Assembly (NCBI GenBank): GCA_963739995.1
Contig: CAVUCH010000001.1
Span: 688-64,687 of the forward strand
Direction of reading: 5' to 3'
DNA: 64,000 bases
From: Vicinamibacteria bacterium
GTDB lineage: Bacteria; Acidobacteriota; Vicinamibacteria; Vicinamibacterales; JAENWD01
Part shown: piece by piece, positions 61,604-64,000 of the stretch
How positions within the stretch are numbered: the first letter of the stretch is position 1
Layout: each line of letters starts with the position of its first letter
The notes under the pieces: model-generated
Told to the model about the DNA's origin: nothing
Database searches by the model: none
Seen by the model: the letters and a program-made list of their open reading frames with translations, nothing else
Made by a program: the position numbers and the translations under genes

Positions 61604-62715
61604 GGCTCGGCCGCCACCTCGCCATAGATCTGGCGGATACGCCGAATCGAGCGGTCCCAGGAGAAATCGGCGGCGCGGGCGAGTCCTCTGGCCCGCAGCG
61701 TCTCGCGCAGCCCCGGCTCGGTCAGCACGCGCCGGATGCCATCGGCGATGGCGCGCGGGTCGCGGGGATCTACGAGCACGGCGGCGTCCCCCGCTACTTC
61801 CGGCAGCGACGACACGTTCGACGTGACGACCGGCGCGCCGCTTGCCATGGCTTCGAGCGGCGGCAGGCCGAAGCCTTCATAGAGGGACGGAAACACGAAC
61901 ACGGCTGCCAGGCGGTAGAGCACCGCGAGCGTGGCGTCCGGCATGTACCCGAGAAACCTGACGTACTTGTGGAGGTTGTAGCGGTGCACCGCCCGCCGCA
62001 ACTCAGCGTATTTCGAAATCTCGTCGCCGATGACGATGAGCTTCAGGTGGTCCAGGCCGTCCTCCCGCAACAGGTGAAACGCGTCGATCAGGCGCTCGAG
62101 GTTCTTGTGCGGCTTGACATTGCCGGCATACAGCACGAAATCGCCTGTCAGCTGATAGCGTTGCGCCACGCGTGACATTTCCTCTTCGGGCGGCTGCACG
62201 CGGAAGCGATCGTCGATGCCGTTGTAGATGACGCTGATCTTTTCCGGGGGTATTTCGAAGAACCGCAGGATGTCGCGCTTGGATGTCTCGGAGACCGTCA
62301 GGATCCGGTTCGACACGCGGGCGGCCGCCCAGAGGGACGCCCGCGCGTACATCAGCGCCATCCGGTTCGGCAGATACTCCGGGAACATCAGGTGAATGCA
62401 GTCGTGGATCGTCACGACCGACTTTCGCCGGCTGAGCGGCGGAAGGACGTAATGCGGCGCGTGAAAGAGATCGACACGTTCCCGACGAAGGGCCAACGGG
62501 ATCGAGAACTGCTCGCGGATCGAGTAGGGATCGGAATTGTTGGGCACCGCGCGAAAGTTCGGCCCGAGCGTCGGCGCAAGGGAGCAGTCCCGCTCCTGGC
62601 AGAGCAGTACGTAGTCGGTGTCGTGATCGATCCGCGAGAGGACGCGCAGCACGTTTCGGATATAGGTGCCGATGCCGAAGTCGTGGAGCTTTCTGGCGTC
62701 TATCGCGATGCGCAC
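61600..62715 (-). CDS. Glycosyltransferase family 4 (GT-B)
   Basis: MRIAIDARKL.. and ..PSLYEGFGLPPLEAMASGAPVVTSN.. Confidence 0.9.
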   Translation of the reverse strand: MRIAIDARKLHDFGIGTYIRNVLRVLSRIDHDTDYVLLCQERDCSLAPTLGPNFRAVPNNSDPYSIREQFSIPLALRRERVDLFHAPHYVLPPLSRRKSVVTIHDCIHLMFPEYLPNRMALMYARASLWAAARVSNRILTVSETSKRDILRFFEIPPEKISVIYNGIDDRFRVQPPEEEMSRVAQRYQLTGDFVLYAGNVKPHKNLERLIDAFHLLREDGLDHLKLIVIGDEISKYAELRRAVHRYNLHKYVRFLGYMPDATLAVLYRLAAVFVFPSLYEGFGLPPLEAMASGAPVVTSNVSSLPEVAGDAAVLVDPRDPRAIADGIRRVLTEPGLRETLRARGLARAADFSWDRSIRRIRQIYGEVAAEP

Positions 62716-62799
62716 GCAACGGTCCTTCGGGCCGGAGGGCCGTGCGCGAACACCGCGTGCGCAGCGGCTGGGCAGCCTGGCCCTGAGGCCACTGGTATT

Positions 62800-63646
62800 C
62801 TAGCCGCCCCCCGGCGGGGCCTGCCCCAGCACATCGGGATGCTGCCCGCGCACCCGCAGGTACCACGCTATGAGCGGAGCCCAACGTGGCCGCCACTTGC
62901 GATAGAACGCCAGCTGCCCCCGGCGGTAGGCGACTACGGTTGCCGCCCCTGCGCGGACTTTCGATCGGCCCCGCAGGTGTATCACCTCGACAACGGGCGT
63001 GAACCGGATGCGTCGTCCAACGCCACGCAAGGCTGCGCAGAAGTCGACGTCTTCCCAGGTACAGGAAGAATCGCTCGTCCAGGAGCCCTACCGCTACGGC
63101 ATCGGCCCGGCGGACGAGCAGGCACGCGCCGCTGACCCATGCGACTGTGCGCGCACGGCGGGTCATCGACTCGACCCACGGGTGCACGGGCCAGAATCCG
63201 CGGTGGTGCGAGCGGCCGAGCCAGCGCTGCCATGCCTCGCCCCAGGGGCTGGGCATCGGGCCGAACGACAGCTCGGCCCGGCCGGCACTGTCGACGAGAC
63301 GCGGTCCGACCGCGGCAGCCGCCGGGTCCGAGCGCAGCACCGCGACCAGCGTGTCGATGGCCCCGGCGGGAACGATCGTGTCGGGATTGAGAAGCAGGAC
63401 CAGTTCGCTGCCGCTCTCGCGGAAGGCGATGTTGTTGGCCGCGCTGAAGCCCACGTTGCCGGGTGCGCGCAGGAGCCGCACGTTCGGAAATCTCGTGCGC
63501 ACCATCTCGGGCGCCCCGTCGGTCGATCCGTTGTCGACGACAACGACCTCGTGCGAGCAGCCCGGAGGTGCTGCCGTGAGCGAGACCAGGCACTGTTCGA
63601 GGTCTTGGCGGGCGTTGAAGGCCACAATCGCGATCGTCAGAGTCAC
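62800..63646 (-). pseudogene. Glycosyltransferase family 2, interrupted by a single +1 frameshift
   Basis: The N-terminal part reads MTLTIAIVAFNARQDLEQCL..VVVDNGSTDG..DERFFLYL. The frame then breaks at a GGG run (plus-strand CCC 63054-63056). Deleting one G restores ..FFLYLEDVDFCAALRGVGRRIRFTPVVEVIHLRGRS.. (the canonical ED.D motif). The span is 847 nt, which is 3n+1. Confidence 0.8.
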
Positions 63647-64000
63647 CGGCCGGCGTCCTCTATGGCTCGAAGAGTGGCGGGGGCCGCGTCAGCCCACCGG
63701 TACTGCGCGAGCACGCCCGGTGCGGCCTCGAGGACCCGAAACCGGTGCTCCGGTTCGGTCAGCATCGCCGTCAGCGCGTCGGCGACCAGCCCCGCATCCG
63801 GGGCCGCCACGTAGGTGGCTGCCGCGCCGTACACTTCACGCGCCACCGGTGTGTCGAGAACGACCGGCGGAACGCCGGCGGCGAGCGCCTCCAGAGGCGT
63901 GAGGCCGAAGCCCTCGTACTCGGAGAGAAAGGCGAACACGGATGCTTCCGCGTAGAGCGCCCGCAGACGCGCATCGTCCACGAAGGTCGTGACCGTCACC
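63643..64000 (-). CDS. Glycosyltransferase family 4, C-terminal part (5' end beyond window)
   Basis: ..FAFLSEYEGFGLTPLEALAAGVPPVVLDT.. The stop overlaps the GT2 start. Confidence 0.8.
   Translation of the reverse strand, partial: VTVTTFVDDARLRALYAEASVFAFLSEYEGFGLTPLEALAAGVPPVVLDTPVAREVYGAAATYVAAPDAGLVADALTAMLTEPEHRFRVLEAAPGVLAQYRWADAAPATLRAIEDAGR

Noticed and set aside
62003-62799. The C-terminal 265 codons of the 547-aa ORF that starts as the GT2.
   Set aside because: After the frameshift site (about 63055) the frame reads junk and runs across the downstream GT4 gene. The true GT2 continuation is the 62800-63030 frame.

Overview
High-GC bacterial chromosomal segment (roughly two-thirds G+C by eye, not computed), densely packed with housekeeping genes. 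The gene content (an acidobacterial-type VWA protein, DUF2911, pilMNOPQ, a Kdo/LapB block) suggests Acidobacteriota; this is inference only.

Layout:
- 1-3223: a decayed prophage-like remnant. Its HK97-type capsid is readable only across several frame switches. It abuts the 3' end of tRNA-Ala(CGC) (3224-3299, minus).
- pfkA, then a minus-strand run rplM-rpsI-rpsB-tsf-pyrH-frr-thrC.
- pilMNOPQ plus two Ig-like lipoproteins.
- M24 peptidase and accB-accC-thiE.
- APC permease, folD, coaE.
- Minus-strand LPS block kdsB-pyrG-kdsA-kdsD-kdsC-lapB.
- serA, icd-mdh, then DUF2911, arginase and an O-methyltransferase.
- A small accessory-looking patch (about 36.0-41.1 kb): a nuclease-fold-like protein with a histone-H1-like tail, an unknown partner, a secreted VWA protein, a frameshifted beta-class DNA methyltransferase preceded by a small Cys/His protein, and an unknown membrane protein.
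- S11 carboxypeptidase, FdhE-like protein, trxA-trxB, nifS-mnmA.
- Bactofilin plus a methyltransferase-fold partner, then a 450-bp non-coding gap.
- Acyl-CoA dehydrogenase, glpX, MFS, CPA2 antiporter, tsaC, hflX, TPR/SLH-like lipoprotein, pgsA.
- A minus-strand exopolysaccharide locus: uxs, priming phosphotransferase, GT4, GT4, frameshifted GT2, partial GT4.

I saw no CRISPR array, rRNA, IS element or recognisable defence or toxin system, and I did not find a convincing novel multi-gene system.

The most notable sequence-level observations are:
- a perfect 24-bp inverted repeat between frr and thrC;
- a 12-bp-periodic DnaA-box-like triple repeat upstream of icd;
- recurrent extended -10 elements placed 4-12 nt from start codons, implying leaderless mRNAs;
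- a PilQ signal-peptide-like sequence lying in frame directly after the pilP stop with no canonical start codon;
- isolated +1 frameshifts at short homopolymer runs;
- the repeat-rich 450-bp gap.

Many long ORFs in the supplied track are antisense or out-of-frame shadows typical of high-GC DNA.
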